This document shows positions 45,050-57,404 of a stretch of 64,000 nt of DNA, one piece after another. The stretch's first letter is position 1. Each line of letters opens with the position of its first letter. Source of the stretch: the human T2T-CHM13v2.0 reference genome, Homo sapiens; NCBI RefSeq assembly GCF_009914755.1, contig NC_060933.1; one strand, given 5' to 3'. Below the pieces are notes generated by a model. The model was not told where the DNA came from and searched no databases. It saw only the letters and a program-made list of their open reading frames with translations. Position numbers and translations under genes: made by a program.

Positions 45050-46175
45050 TGTAACTGCCCAGTGGGTTCACCTTGCCTGCTTCCTAGACAGAGCCAATTT
45101 ATCAAGGCAGGGGAATTACAATAGAGAAAGATTAATTCATGCAGAGCTGGCTGTGCAAGAGAACAGAATTGTATTATTATTACTCTAATCAGTCTCCCTG
45201 ACAATTCAGGGATCGGAGTTTTTTTCTTGTTGTTGTTTTTGTTTTTAATTAAAAAGCAAACTTTAATGTCAAAAATGCAAACTTGAGGAGGGCAGAAAGA
45301 TCACACACAAGGCTATCACTTCACACTTGGAGGGTTGCACAGTGGCCAGGCAGCGGTGCTCCTCACTTCCCAGATGATGCGGGGGGCTGGGCAGAGGTGC
45401 TCCTTACTTCCCAGACAGGGCTGCAGCTGCACAGAGGTGCTCCTCACTTCCGAGACAGTGGGCAGCTGGGCAGAGGTGCTCCTCACTTCCCAGATGGTGA
45501 AGCGGGCAGGCAGAGGTGCCCCTCACTTCTCAGAAGGTGGGGGGACCAGGCAGAGGCGCTCCTCACTTGCCAGATGGAGCGGTGGCTGGGCAGAGGTGCT
45601 CCTCATATCCCAGATGGTAGGGGCGCCTTTTAAGGATAACTTGGTGGACAGGGGGACAGTGATTCAGGTGTGCTGATTAGTTGAGTTGGAGATGAAATCA
45701 TAAGCAGACAAAGCTATCCTCTTATGCTGAGTTACTTCCTGGGTGGGAGCCACAAGACCAGATGAGCCAGTTTATCCATCTGGGTGGTACCAACTGATCC
45801 ATCAAGAACAGGGTCCGCAAAATATCTCGAGCACTGATTTGGATTTTGCATTTGTAATATTATCCCCAGGAGCAATTTGGAGATGTTTAGAATCTTGTGG
45901 CCTCCAGCTGCATGACTCCTAATTTCTGATCTTGTGGCTAATTTGTTAGTCCTGCAAAGGCAGTCTAGCCCCCAGGCAGAAAAGGGGTTTGTTTGAGGAA
46001 AGGGCTGTTATCATCTTTGTTTCAAAGCTAAACTATAAACTAAGTTCCTCCCAAAGTTAGTTCATCCTATGCCTAGGAATGAACAAGGACAACTTGGAGG
46101 TTAGAAGCAAGGTGGAGTTGGGTTAGGTTAGAACTCTTTCACTGTCTCAATTATAATTTTGCAATGGCAGTTTCA
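45050..46175 (-). mobile_element. ERV1 solo LTR, MER51-like, split by SVA2
   Basis: TGTAAC.GCCCA.TGGGTTCACCTTGCC ... TTATAATTTTGCAATGGCAGTTTCA; 4-bp TSD CCAG/CCAA at 45046-45049 and 46176-46179. Confidence 0.9.
45219..45627 (-). mobile_element. SVA2 element (SVA-type VNTR, unique 3' region, degenerate poly-A)
   Basis: 7 units of ~39-41 bp (gcagaggtgctcctcacttcccaga...) at 45343-45627; reverse complement of 45247-45342 reads gtgcaaccctccaagtgtgaagtgatagccttgtgtgtgatctttctgccctcctcaagtttgcatttttgacattaaagttt, the recalled SVA2 3' sequence; T-rich tail 45219-45246; no SINE-R, Alu-like or hexamer region. Confidence 0.85.
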
Positions 46176-47268
46176 CCAACAGCTGCAGCAGTGTGGCGGG
46201 TTGCCTGCACATAGGTGGGGCAGCGATGGGGGTGCCAGCATCAGTGCACACACTCATCCCAGTGGTGGTGGTGGCACAGCAGGCCCACTCATCTGTCATT
46301 GAACATTTAGGCTGTTTTCATTTGTTGGTTATTGTGAATAATACTGAAATAAACAAGGAACTGCAGACATCTCTTCAAGATCCTAATTTCAGTTCTTTTC
46401 GATATATGCCCAGAATTGTCATTGCTGGATCATATGGTCATTTTACTTTTAATTTTTAGAGGAACATCTTCATACTGTTTGCCATAAAGGCTGCACCATT
46501 TTGCATTTCCAGCAGTGTACAAGGATTCTAATTTCCCCACATCTTCACCAACATCTTATTTTCTTTTTTATTTAATAGTGGCCATCCTAACAAGTTTGAG
46601 ATGATATCCCATTGTTCCTTCAATTTGCATTCCCCTGGTGATGATGAGTATCTTTTCATACATATATTGGCCACTTATATGTCATCTTTGGAGAAATGTC
46701 CTTGCAAGTATTTTGCCCATCTTTCAGTATTTTTTTTTTTTTTTTGCTATTAAGTTGCAGGATTTCTTTATATATTTTGGATGTTAACCTCTTATCAGGT
46801 ATATGGTTTTTAAATATTTTTGCCCATTCAATATGTTGCCTTTTCATTCTGTTGATTGGCTTGCAGAACAGAGCCATTTTAGCTTGATATAGTCCCACTT
46901 GTCTATTTTTGCTTTTGTTGCATGTGCTTTTGGTGTCATATCCAAGAAATCATTGCCAAAAATCAATGTCATAAGGTGTTTCTCCTGTGTTCTCTTCTAT
47001 GATGTTTACAGTTTTAGGTATTATATTTAAGTCATCAATATCCATTTTGAGTTAATTTTTGTGTATGATGTAAAATAAGAGTCCAATTTCATTCTTTTGT
47101 ACATGAATCTTTATTTTTTTCAACATCATTTTTTGAAGAAACTTTCATTCCTCCATTGTGTATAATTGGCTCTTGTGTCAAAAATCAGTTGATGGTATAT
47201 GCGTGGGATTATTCCCCATGCTTTCTATTCTGTTTCATTGGTTTATATACCTGTCTTTATGCCAGTTC

Positions 47269-47635
47269 TTTATTAGTCTGTTCAGGCTTTTATAACAAAA
47301 ATACCATAGACTTGGTGGCTTAAACAATCAACATTCATTCCTTACAGTTCTGGAGACTGGGAAGACCAAGATCAATGCACTGGTGATTTGTTGTTGGTAA
47401 GGATCTGCTTAATGGATCACAGACAGTCATCTTCTCACTGTGTCCTCACATGGCAGAAAAGAACTAGAGAACTTTATTTTTTTTTAAATAAAATAAGGCC
47501 ACTAAGGCCATTTATGAGGGTTCCATCCTTGTTATTTAATTACTTCCTGAAGACCCCATTTCCCAATATAATCACTCTGGGGGTTACTGTTTCAACACAG
47601 AAATTTGGACAGACACAAATATTCAGTCTATAGCA
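47269..47635 (-). mobile_element. MaLR solo LTR, MLT1A/MSTD-like
   Basis: tattagtctgttcaggct..tataacaaaa.taccatagact.ggtggcttaaacaa ... attcagtctatagca; TSD AGTTC/AGTAC. Confidence 0.85.
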
Positions 47636-47884
47636 AGTACCATACTGCTTTAATTACTGTAGCCTTGTAACATACAGACATACCTCAGAGATATTGTGGT
47701 TTCAATTCCAGATTACCTCAATAGAGCAACCATTGCAATAGAGACTCACGTAAAATTTTTTTGTTTTCTAGTAGACATAAAAATGATGCTTACATTCTAC
47801 TGTGGTGTACTTAATGTTCACTATGTGTAAGAAACAATGAACAGATCTTAATTTAAAAATACTTTATTGCTAAAAAGTTGCTAA

Positions 47885-48672
47885 TGTATTAGTCTTTTCT
47901 CATGCTGCTATGAAGAAATACCCAAGACTGGGTAATTTATAAAGAAAAGAGGTTTAATTGACTCATAGTTTCACATGGCTTGGAAGGCCTCAGGAAACTT
48001 ACAATCATGACAGAAGGTGAAGGGGAAGAAAGGCACCTTCTTCACAGGGCAGTAGAAAGGAGAAGTGTTGAGCAAAAAGGGAAAAGCCCCATATAACACC
48101 ATCAGATCTCACGAGAACTCACTCACTATCATGAGAATAGCATGGGGAAAACTTCTCCCATGATTCGATTACCTCATACTGGGTCCCTCCCACAACATGT
48201 GAGGATTATGGAAACTACATTTCAAGATGTTATTTGGCTAGAGACACAGCCAAACCATATTATTCCACCCTTGGCCCCTGTACTTATATTTTGAAATGAA
48301 ATCATGCCTTCCCAACAGTTCCCTCCAAAGTCTTAACTCATTCCAGCATTAACCCAAAAGTCCATGTCCAAAGTCTCATCTGAGACAACGCAAGTTCCTT
48401 CTGCCTATGAGTCCATATAATCAAAAGCAAGTTAGTTACTTTCTAATCATAATAAAGTTATAGGCATTGGGTAAATACACCCATTCCAAATGGGAGAAAT
48501 TAGTCAAAATGAAAGGAAATAGCCCCCATGACAGTCCAAAATTCAGTAGGGCATTCATTAAACCTTAAGTTCTAAAATGATCTTTGACTCTATGTCTCAC
48601 ACGCAGGTCATGCCAATGCAAAAGGTGGACTCCCACGGCCTTTGGCAGCTCCACCCCTGTGGCTTTGCAGGT
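47885..48672 (-). mobile_element. THE1 (C/D-like) LTR 47885-48263 plus truncated THE1 internal sequence
   Basis: TGTATTAGTC..TTCTCATGCTGCTATGAAGAAATACCCAAGACTGGGTAATTTATAAAG ... cagccaaaccatat; THE1-int text (ccaaagtctcatctgagacaa, ctccacccctgtggctttgcagg) follows. Confidence 0.9.
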
Positions 48673-48782
48673 ATATCCTTAAAATTTTTATTTCTTAATT
48701 AATAAGACTTGAAAGTGAAATTACTCTTGATCCATGGGCTATAGAATGGATGCTGTGTTAGCAGACATAAAAAAAACATTAA

Positions 48783-51363
48783 GCCAATAAGGAGTTTTCA
48801 AGATGGCTGGCTAGGGACATTGGAGGTCAGTTCTCCTCAGAAAGAAGATCAAAATTACTCAAAAATGGATAAGTTCTGAACAGAAAACTGAAAAAAGAGA
48901 GCTATGCTTTGTCAGAGTGCCCACAGAGAGAAGCCAGGGCACAGAAAAGGAAAATCAGCAGGAGTCTGGCAGAGACTGACCCCCAAGGAATTTGAAGCCC
49001 CATGGAAATGATAGGTGAAAGTGCTTCCCTGCTCCGCTCAGCCTTCTGACAATCTGCTGATAGTGAAACTCTTGGGGAGTTCCTCTGTCCTCACAACCCA
49101 GGTAATGCCATCAGTGGCAATTTGGGAACTTCCTGGGGACAGCTACCTGAGTGGCCAACTCACACAGATGTTCCTGCATTTCTCTCTGACTGAACTGAGA
49201 TTATTGGTGTCACACTGGTTATGCCCATGGTAGGACATGACCTTGCTTGGGATTACTTGCCCTTGTGTCACTATACCACCACAATCCCTGCAAACATACT
49301 CCCACAACCTGCCTTGACTTTGTTAAACACAGGGCCACCAGTGGTGCCCTGAAGAGCTGCAGGGCCCCTGGAGATCTAACCCTCAGTATGGACCACCCCT
49401 AAGGGAAGGGGAAGCACAGCTCGCCAAAGCCACTCAGTACAAAGGAGATGCAGGCACTGGGCTAATTGCAGCATCGACCCAGGAATAGACATGAAGATGG
49501 GGTCACCTCCCATCCACCAGCAACCTCCCTGTACACTGCCGCAGGTGCAGCAGCAGTTCTTTGCACTGGGAGCCAATGAGAGTGTGCACTGGGGGAAAGC
49601 ATTTTTCACACTTTTCATGTCTGTTGCCCTCTACCCCCCAAGTAAACCCTGACTTCTGGGGCTTTCACAGTGGGGGCGGGGGCCAAGCTACCCCTCCCTA
49701 CATAGAGTGGCAGTGCCTGGCAATGAAGAAGATACTGTGGAAATTCCTTCCCTAGAGAGCGAGAAGAGACTATGCCCCAAGCCCCACTTTTAATGGTAGC
49801 CATCAGAAAGGCATATCCATAACCCACAGTGGCACACTGCAGTTGGGAACCAAAGGACAAAATCCTTAAACTGAAGGTCATGAGCCCTGTGACAGAGGCA
49901 TGATAGGGAAGCAGATTATGTTTTTCCTAAATCAGGATAAGGAGCTGGTGAACCCTCCACCCTTTCCACGAGACCTCAGTGCACCCCAACACAATCTCTT
50001 CCCACCATCCTCATCAGGAAGGTGCTTCCACTTAGCAGCAGCCTATCTGTCAGCTCTTACTCATAAGCATCATCTAATAGACTGCAGCCTGAACTGCACC
50101 ACCAAATTAAAAACCTGCTACTGAATTGGCTTAGTTCTAGTCCATGAGTTAAGCTTTCTGAGACCTCCACACCCTCAGCTCTTCAGGAGATAGTGTGCTG
50201 ACTCATACATCTAATATGTCACTCCAACAAGCAACACTGAATTCACCACAAAAGGAATTTCACCACTAAAGGAATTACCATTAAAATATTCACCACTAAA
50301 GGAATTTCAAAAGCTATCCACAACCAAGGAGCCCATAGAGAGCCTTGGCCCCCTGAACAGTATCCCAAAACGAAGCAAAACAATCATACACAACATATAC
50401 CACAGACATAACCTCAAGGAAAAAAGAATTTAAAAATTTAAAACCCCATCCAAATGATAGTGAATTCAAAAATAAGAAGTGAGAGCTACCTCAGATGAGG
50501 AGGAATTAGCATAAGAACTCCAGCAGTTTGAAAAGCCAGTGTTGTGAAACTTTCAAAGGATCATATCAGCTTTCTAGGAGTGGATCCTATATACATTGAA
50601 GTGTCTGGAATGACAAGTAAAGAACTCAGCATATTGATTTTGAGGAAACTCAACAAGATCCAAGAGAAAATGGAAATTCAATTAAAAAACCAAAAATAAT
50701 ACAGAAATATGAAAGATAAGATAGCTATATTTTTAAAAAATAGAATTTCTAGAATTAAAAAATTTACTAAAGGAATTTCAAAATACAATTGTAAGCATTC
50801 ACAATAGGCTAGATTAAGCACAAGAAGGAATTTCAGAGCCCAAAGACCAGTCTTTCAAATTAACCCAGTCGGACAAATATAAAGAAAAAAGTATTTAAAG
50901 AAATTAACAAAGCCTTTGAGAAACATGGAATTGTGTAAAATAACCAAATTTATTGGCATTCTTGAGAGCTAAAGATAAAAGGTAAGCAACTTGAAAAACA
51001 TTTTTGAGGGAATAATTCAGGAAAAATTCCCTAATCTTGCTATAGAGATCCACATCCAAATACAAGAAATTCAGAGAACACCTGCGATAAACTATACAAC
51101 ACAACCATCCCCATGACATGTAATCAACAAATTATCCAAGGTCAACCCAAAAGGAAAAAATCTTAAAAGTAGCTAGAGAATAGGGGCAAATTACCTATAA
51201 GGGGAATCCCATCAGACTAACAGTAGGCTTCTCAGCAGAAATCTTTTAAGCCAGAAGATATTAGGGGCCTATTTTTAGCCTTCTTAAAAAGAATGCCAGC
51301 CAAAAATGTTATTTCCCACTGAACTCAGCTTCATAAATAGAGGAGAAAGAATATCTTTCCCAG
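48783..51363 (+). mobile_element. L1 5'UTR plus ORF1 (L1PB/L1MA-type), 3'-truncated
   Basis: Starts near caagatggctg.ctaggga; ORF1 text (atccaaatacaagaaattcagagaacacc, ggaatcccatcagactaacag..g.cttctcagcagaaa); TSD AAAA(A/C)AACATTAA at 48770-48782 and 51364-51376. Confidence 0.85.
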
Positions 51364-51531
51364 AAAACAACATTAATCCACTTGTACATCTCCATCAGAA
51401 CTCCTGGATGATTAGGTGCATTGTCAGTAAGCAGTAACAGTTTGAAAGAAATCTTTTTTCTCTGAGCAGTAAGTCTCAAAAGTGGGCTTAAAATATTTAG
51501 TAAATGATGCTGTAAACAGGTGTGCTTTCAT

Positions 51532-51744
51532 CTAGCTGTCATTGTGGCATGTATAGAACACAGACAGAGTAGATTTAGCATAATTCTTAAGCATTCTAGG
51601 ACTTTTAGAAAGGTGAATAAGCATTGGCTTCAACTCAAAGTCACTAGCTGCATTATCCCTTAACAAGAGAGGCAGACTGTCCATTGAAACTTTGAAACTA
51701 AGCATTGATTTCTCCTTTCTAGCTACAAAAGTCCTAGATGGCAT
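51532..51744 (-). pseudogene. Tigger1 transposase DDE-domain remnant
   Basis: [56 protein letters not shown] matches Tigger1 transposase. Confidence 0.85.
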
Positions 51745-52175
51745 CTTCTTTTAATATAAGGCTGTTTCATCTCTACTGAAAATCTATTGTTTATTGTGTA
51801 TATCTTCATCAATTTTCTTAGCTAGTTTTCTGAATAACACAGTTATTCTGAATAAACACAGTTCATGGCACCCCAAAGCAATTTCAATAGTAACATCAAA
51901 GATCACTGATTACAGATAACCATAACATATTATAATAATAATGAAAAAGTTTGAAATGTTGCTAAAACTACCAAAATGAAGGCATGAAGTGAGCACATGC
52001 CTTTGGAAAATGGCACCAATAGACTTGCTCAATGCAGAGTTGCCACAGACCTTCAATTTGTAAAAAAAAAAAAAAAAAGCAGTATCTGAAAAGGGCAATA
52101 AAGTGAAGCACAATAAAATGTTTGTACTTTGAAATCAGCAAGTGTGACACTTGCAACTTTTTTGTTCCTCCTTAA

Positions 52176-52499
<324 letters not shown>

Positions 52500-52871
52500 A
52501 CCTTCTTAAGATTATTTTTTACTTTCCAGGGTCCTTTGTGGTTTCACATGAATTTTATGGTATCTTTTTCTATTTTTGTAAAAAATTTTATTGGAAATTT
52601 GATAGGAATTGCACTGAATCTTTAGATCACTTTGGGTAGTATATACATTTTAACAATATTGTCTTCTAATCCATGAACATGGATGTCTTTGTATTTATTT
52701 TTTTCTTTTTCAATTTATTTTATTTCATCAGTATTTTGCAGTTTTTAGTGAACAACTGCTTTACCTTTTTAGTTAAGTTTAATGCTACATATTTTATTCT
52801 TTTTGATGCTATTTGAAATGAGATTGTTTTCTTAATTTATTTCAGACAGTTTGTTGTTAGTGTACAAAATT

Positions 52872-53780
52872 ATAAGAAATAGAAAATCTGAACAGACCAA
52901 TGATAGTAAGGAGACTGAATCAGTAGTCAAAACCTCCCAACAAAGAAAAGTCCAGAACCAGATGGCTTCACTGGTGTATTCTGCCAAACATTTAAAGAAG
53001 AACTAACACCAGTCTTTTCAAACTCTTCCAAAAATTTGAAGAGGAGGGAATACTTCCAAACTCATTTTCTGAGTCCAGCATTGCCCTGATACCAAATCCT
53101 TATAACACTACAAAGAAAAAAAAAAAAAACAAAAAAAACTATAGGGCAATATCCCTGATGAACATAGATGAAAAAATTCATTACAAATACTAGCAAACTG
53201 AATTCAGAAGCACATTAAAAGTATTATATACTATAACCAAGTGAGATTCATCACTGGGACTCAAGAATGGTTCAACATAAGCAAGTCAATGAATACGATA
53301 CACTATATGAACAGAATGAAGAATAACAGTGTATGATCCACCTCAACAGATACATAAAAAGTACTTGACAAAATCCAACATCTTTTCATGATAGAAACAC
53401 TCCACAAACTAGGAACAGAAGAAAATTACCTCAACATGGTAAAGGCCATATATGAAAAGCTTAGAGCCAATATCATATCAAGTGTGAAAAACTAAAAGCC
53501 CTTCCTCTAAGATCAGAAAGAAAGCAAGTATGGCCACTTTCACCATTTCCATTCAATAGAGTACTGAATGTCCTAGCCAGAGCAATTAGGCAAGAAAAAG
53601 AAATAGAAATCATCCTAATGGAAAGGAAGAAATAAAGTTATCTCTGTTCACAAAGGTCATAATCTTATATGTAGAAAACCCTATGGACTCAACATACATC
53701 AAAAACTGTTTTTAAAACTAGCAAATGAATTCAGTAAAATTTCACAAAACAAAATCATCATGCAAAAATCAGTGGCCATT
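52872..53780 (+). mobile_element. L1 ORF2 segment, inverted 5' part of the old L1M host
   Basis: Sense ORF2 RT-region text gaaatagaaaatctgaacagaccaat...ccagatggcttcactgg...gtcctagccagagcaattaggcaagaaaaagaaat. Confidence 0.9.
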
Positions 53781-56700
53781 TAGAAGTATTACCTGACTTA
53801 AATATGTATCCAAGCCATTTGTTTAGTTTTCAGGAGCAATAGGGAAATAGTACTGATTTATCACTACAAAAAAGTGTTGACTGTATGCACCTGTATCTAC
53901 ATAATTGCAGCTACATATGAACATATTTTGTAGGGCATATAACGTAGGACACTAGCTCCCAAATGGCATTTAAATTAAAACCCTCTAAAATGTATTTGCT
54001 TTACACACTAGAGACAAATTGCTTGTGACGTCACCTTGCCCCAAGAGACAACATTGCTTTTTGCACACCCACAACATTTTGTCTTTAAAATATCTCTTCT
54101 CCTTCTGTTGTGAATGGAGAATTTTTAAATTGTTTCTAATTTTTTATGGTTGAAAGATAGAACTATATTTTCTGAAATAATCATGTTTAACTTTGAGTTA
54201 GGAAAACTTTGAGACCACTGAACAATTAACTTTGACATTCTTGGCTCTCTGAAAAGTGCCTAAGTTATGAAGAAGTACCATATTGTCTTATAGAGTACAT
54301 TACATTGCTTTTTTTGTCATCATTGGAGGTAAATCTCAGGAATGTTAAGGAAGAAATGCACATCAAAAAATCAGCAAATTAGATTTTTCCCCAGATCTTT
54401 ATGAGATGTGACATTAAAATATCTGGGCATTATACAAGCCAAAATATGATTGTCTCTGTTACAGGTCACTCCAATTTTTATTTTATTTTCCAGAATCCCA
54501 TTTTTGGACAGAATACCATTTCTGAGACTTCATCATGTATATTTACACCAAGCAGGCGGTTAGGAAGTGCCATCTACCGATTGTTTTACTTTCTAATTTG
54601 TAGAGTCTATAATGCCCTTTCATATATCAAACTATAATTAAAACAAAACACATGGGAATAGAATCCAAGTATTACTTTAATAGCTTAGGCATTTGTGGTT
54701 AGTACAGATGACTTTTTTCTATTTGTTTTCAGAAGCCCAAATACCGTAAATAGAATCCTGCAGCAAGCCTTGTGTTTCAACTGTATAACAGAAGCTTGAA
54801 CTGGGGATTTTTAACAATTCCACTTCAAAGGAAAGCAGACTAGTCAGTAGCTCAGTTTTGTCCTTTTGAAGCAAACAATAATAGATGTGCCAGTTTGCAA
54901 AATGTGCACATATGACTAGTGTATCAACATTGTTAAATAAAAGGTTATTGCATTAAATAAGATGACCTTGCTACCTTTTAGTCACAGTCTTAGAGAGCAA
55001 ACTTGTTTTAATTAGCAGTCAGCAAGCAGACTGTAACTTCACTGAAGGAGCATTGAAGAATCACTGCCTATTAACAACCCAGCGGTAAGTAAGCCAGCAC
55101 AAATACTTATAACCAAATAGTGTGCATTTCAGGAGTGGAAAGGATTAGCTATTGGGCACACAACACAGTGGAGGAAATTGCTTTATTCCCAGTACTGCTG
55201 GGTACCAGGAGGCAATCACTGTGCCTCCATCCCATTAACAGCATTCAGAGTGTTGCTTCCCATAGAAGGGGTTATTGGCTAACCACTGGGTGACCAATTA
55301 AATGCTATGAATAAGTCCCAAACCCAGCAGCATGGGGCCTGTTTGTGGCACAGTTGTATCATTACTAAAGTGAAAAACTTGATGAGAAAGGAACATATTT
55401 AATTATAGAACTATACAAATGGCTAATTAGGACCATAAAGTGAAATGAATGACTTTCCAGTGGATTTTTGAATGTTACTGATAACTGCTCAGCTTCTTTG
55501 GAGACCATGAAAGTGATCTACAGACAGAGCTTGCATGTCATGGTAATGGATGGATCTTCATTAGAGGAAGCTTTTTTGACCTGGTTGCTCAGGTAGCATG
55601 GGTTCTAAAGACAATCCTTGATTCCTTTCACTGCAAGGGTTCTTTCACTCCAACCCCCTGGTCTCTCTTGAGTTCCGCTTGCTTTCACAATAATTCTTAT
55701 GGGTTTAAATGCAGAAACATTATCTGCAATAGTCACTCTCTATCAGTTGGAAAACTGAATGGCAAAAGAGTGTCACTAGTTAGTGGGAAACACTGATCCA
55801 TGCTTAAGTTTAGCTTTTAAACTCTAGGATTAATCCTAAAATCTGCAATTACACTTTGCTAATTCAGGCATCTCAATTGCTAAAATGTCATGAATCCTTT
55901 AAATGGAAGAATTATAATTTAAGGCTGTATCTACCTAGTGACTAAGATTAAATTAAGAAAAACAAAAAAAAGGAACATTGGAAATTGATCTGAAATCATG
56001 AAAATGAAAATCAATGTAATTGACTTCTTGCTATCAATTGCTGGAGCAAACTTTTGTTTTGGATGTGTTTGTGTGTTTTATGTTAATTTTGTAAGAACAG
56101 GTTTAATGATACTAATTTTATTTTTGTTTATCAAAAATTTAATAAACATCTATAATGTATAAATAACTGCACTAAAACTGTTCAGAAACATCACCTTCCT
56201 GGCAGAGTAAGAAATATTCAGTGCTATCAAAGAATTACATCCTTCTAGTCAGGTAACTATACAAAAGACTTACTTGATGTCACTTAATATTATTGAATGC
56301 TTGCCTTTGCTTTTATTTTTATAATTTAATTTTATTTTTATTAAACAAATTATTATTAAAAAATAAACAATTCTTCAATATGTATAGTAAAGAGAACAAT
56401 TTTATCACCTCTGAACTCTGTCTACTAAATTTGCCAGTCACTATTATATTGTAAAGGGCATAGTAACCACCTTCCTGGTAATCAAGATTTGGTGAAAGAT
56501 ACTGATACTAGATGAGTTTATAAACATTGTGGCTAGAAATTTGAATGAGAATGCTATAAATTTTCCACATCGGTAAATACATTATATATTCCTAGATGAT
56601 TTTATCCAGCAGCAAAGTCAAGGTCAATATAAATATGTACCCAATTCTGTTCCTGAGAATACTGGAATAGTGAAAATGTATATTGACTGACTCCATTTCC

Positions 56701-56932
56701 ACCAATCACAAGAATACTTGTCATGAACTTGTTGATTGACTGCTTAGTCAGAATTCATATAAATATTATTTTATTTTAGCTTGATCACTGAAATGATTTG
56801 GAGAGTTCTAAAGGTAGCACAGATCTCCAAAGATCATCTGACATGGACCTTTCTATCCAGGAAAGCTACATTTTACTCATCCAAGGAATTGATGGCTCCT
56901 TACGTTTAAAATATCCTCAGGTATGCAGAGCC

Positions 56933-57384
56933 TGTCAGGCCTCTGAGCCCAAGCCAAGCCATCACATCCCCTGTGACTTGCACATATATGCCCAGATGGC
57001 CTGAAGTAACTGAAGAATCACAAAAGAAGTGAATATGCCCTGCCCCACCTTAACTGATGACATTCCACCACAAAAGAAGTGTAAATGGCCAGTCCTTGCC
57101 TTAATTGATGACATTACCTTGTGAAAGTCCTTTTCCTGGCTCATCCTGACTCAAAAAGCACCCCCACTGAGCACCTTGCGACCCCCACTCCTGCCTGCCA
57201 GAGAACAAACCCCCTTTGACTGCAATTTTCCTTTACCTATCCAATCCTATAAAACGGCCCCACCCTTATCTCCCTTCGCTGACTCTCTTTTCGGACTCAG
57301 CCCGCCTGCACCCAGGTGAAATAAACAGCCATGTTGCTCACACAAAGCCTGTTTGGTGGTCTCTTCACATGGACGCGCATGAAA
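56933..57384 (+). promoter_or_regulatory. 5' LTR7 (452 bp): promoter/enhancer
   Basis: TGTCAGGCCTCTGAGCCCAAG...GACGCGCATGAAA; TATAAAA at 57248-57254; ACAAAAGA at 57020 and 57070 within a 50-bp U3 repeat. Confidence 0.95.
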
Positions 57385-57386
57385 TT

Positions 57387-57404
57387 TGGTGCCGTGACTC
57401 AGAT
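57387..57404 (+). other. Primer binding site for tRNA-His
   Basis: TGGTGCCGTGACTCAGAT, 1 mismatch to the canonical HERV-H PBS TGGTGCCGTGACTCGGAT, 2 nt after the LTR. Confidence 0.95.

Larger units (their letters stand above)
41720..46284 (-). mobile_element. L1PA15/16-like LINE with internal ORF2 deletion, ORF1 and part of the 5'UTR
   Basis: 3'UTR ggggtacatgtgcagatttgtta.ataggtaaattgc...tggtgtacagattatttcatcacc; endonuclease remnant ORF 43354-43548 (AILISDKTD, LNIYAPNTGAP); ORF1/5'UTR text to 46284. Confidence 0.9.
47675..52124 (-). mobile_element. Tigger1 DNA transposon, internally deleted, split into 47675-47884, 48675-48782 and 51364-52124
   Basis: TA + CAGACATACCTCAGAGATATTG terminus; other end gcaataaagtgaagcacaataaaatg + TA; transposase remnant ORF. 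Confidence 0.9.

Noticed and set aside
45343-45627. Conserved ~24-bp repeats with variable ~15-bp spacers, superficially like a CRISPR array
   Set aside because: Spacers are too short and related to each other, the context is primate DNA with no cas genes, and the unit is the SVA-type VNTR
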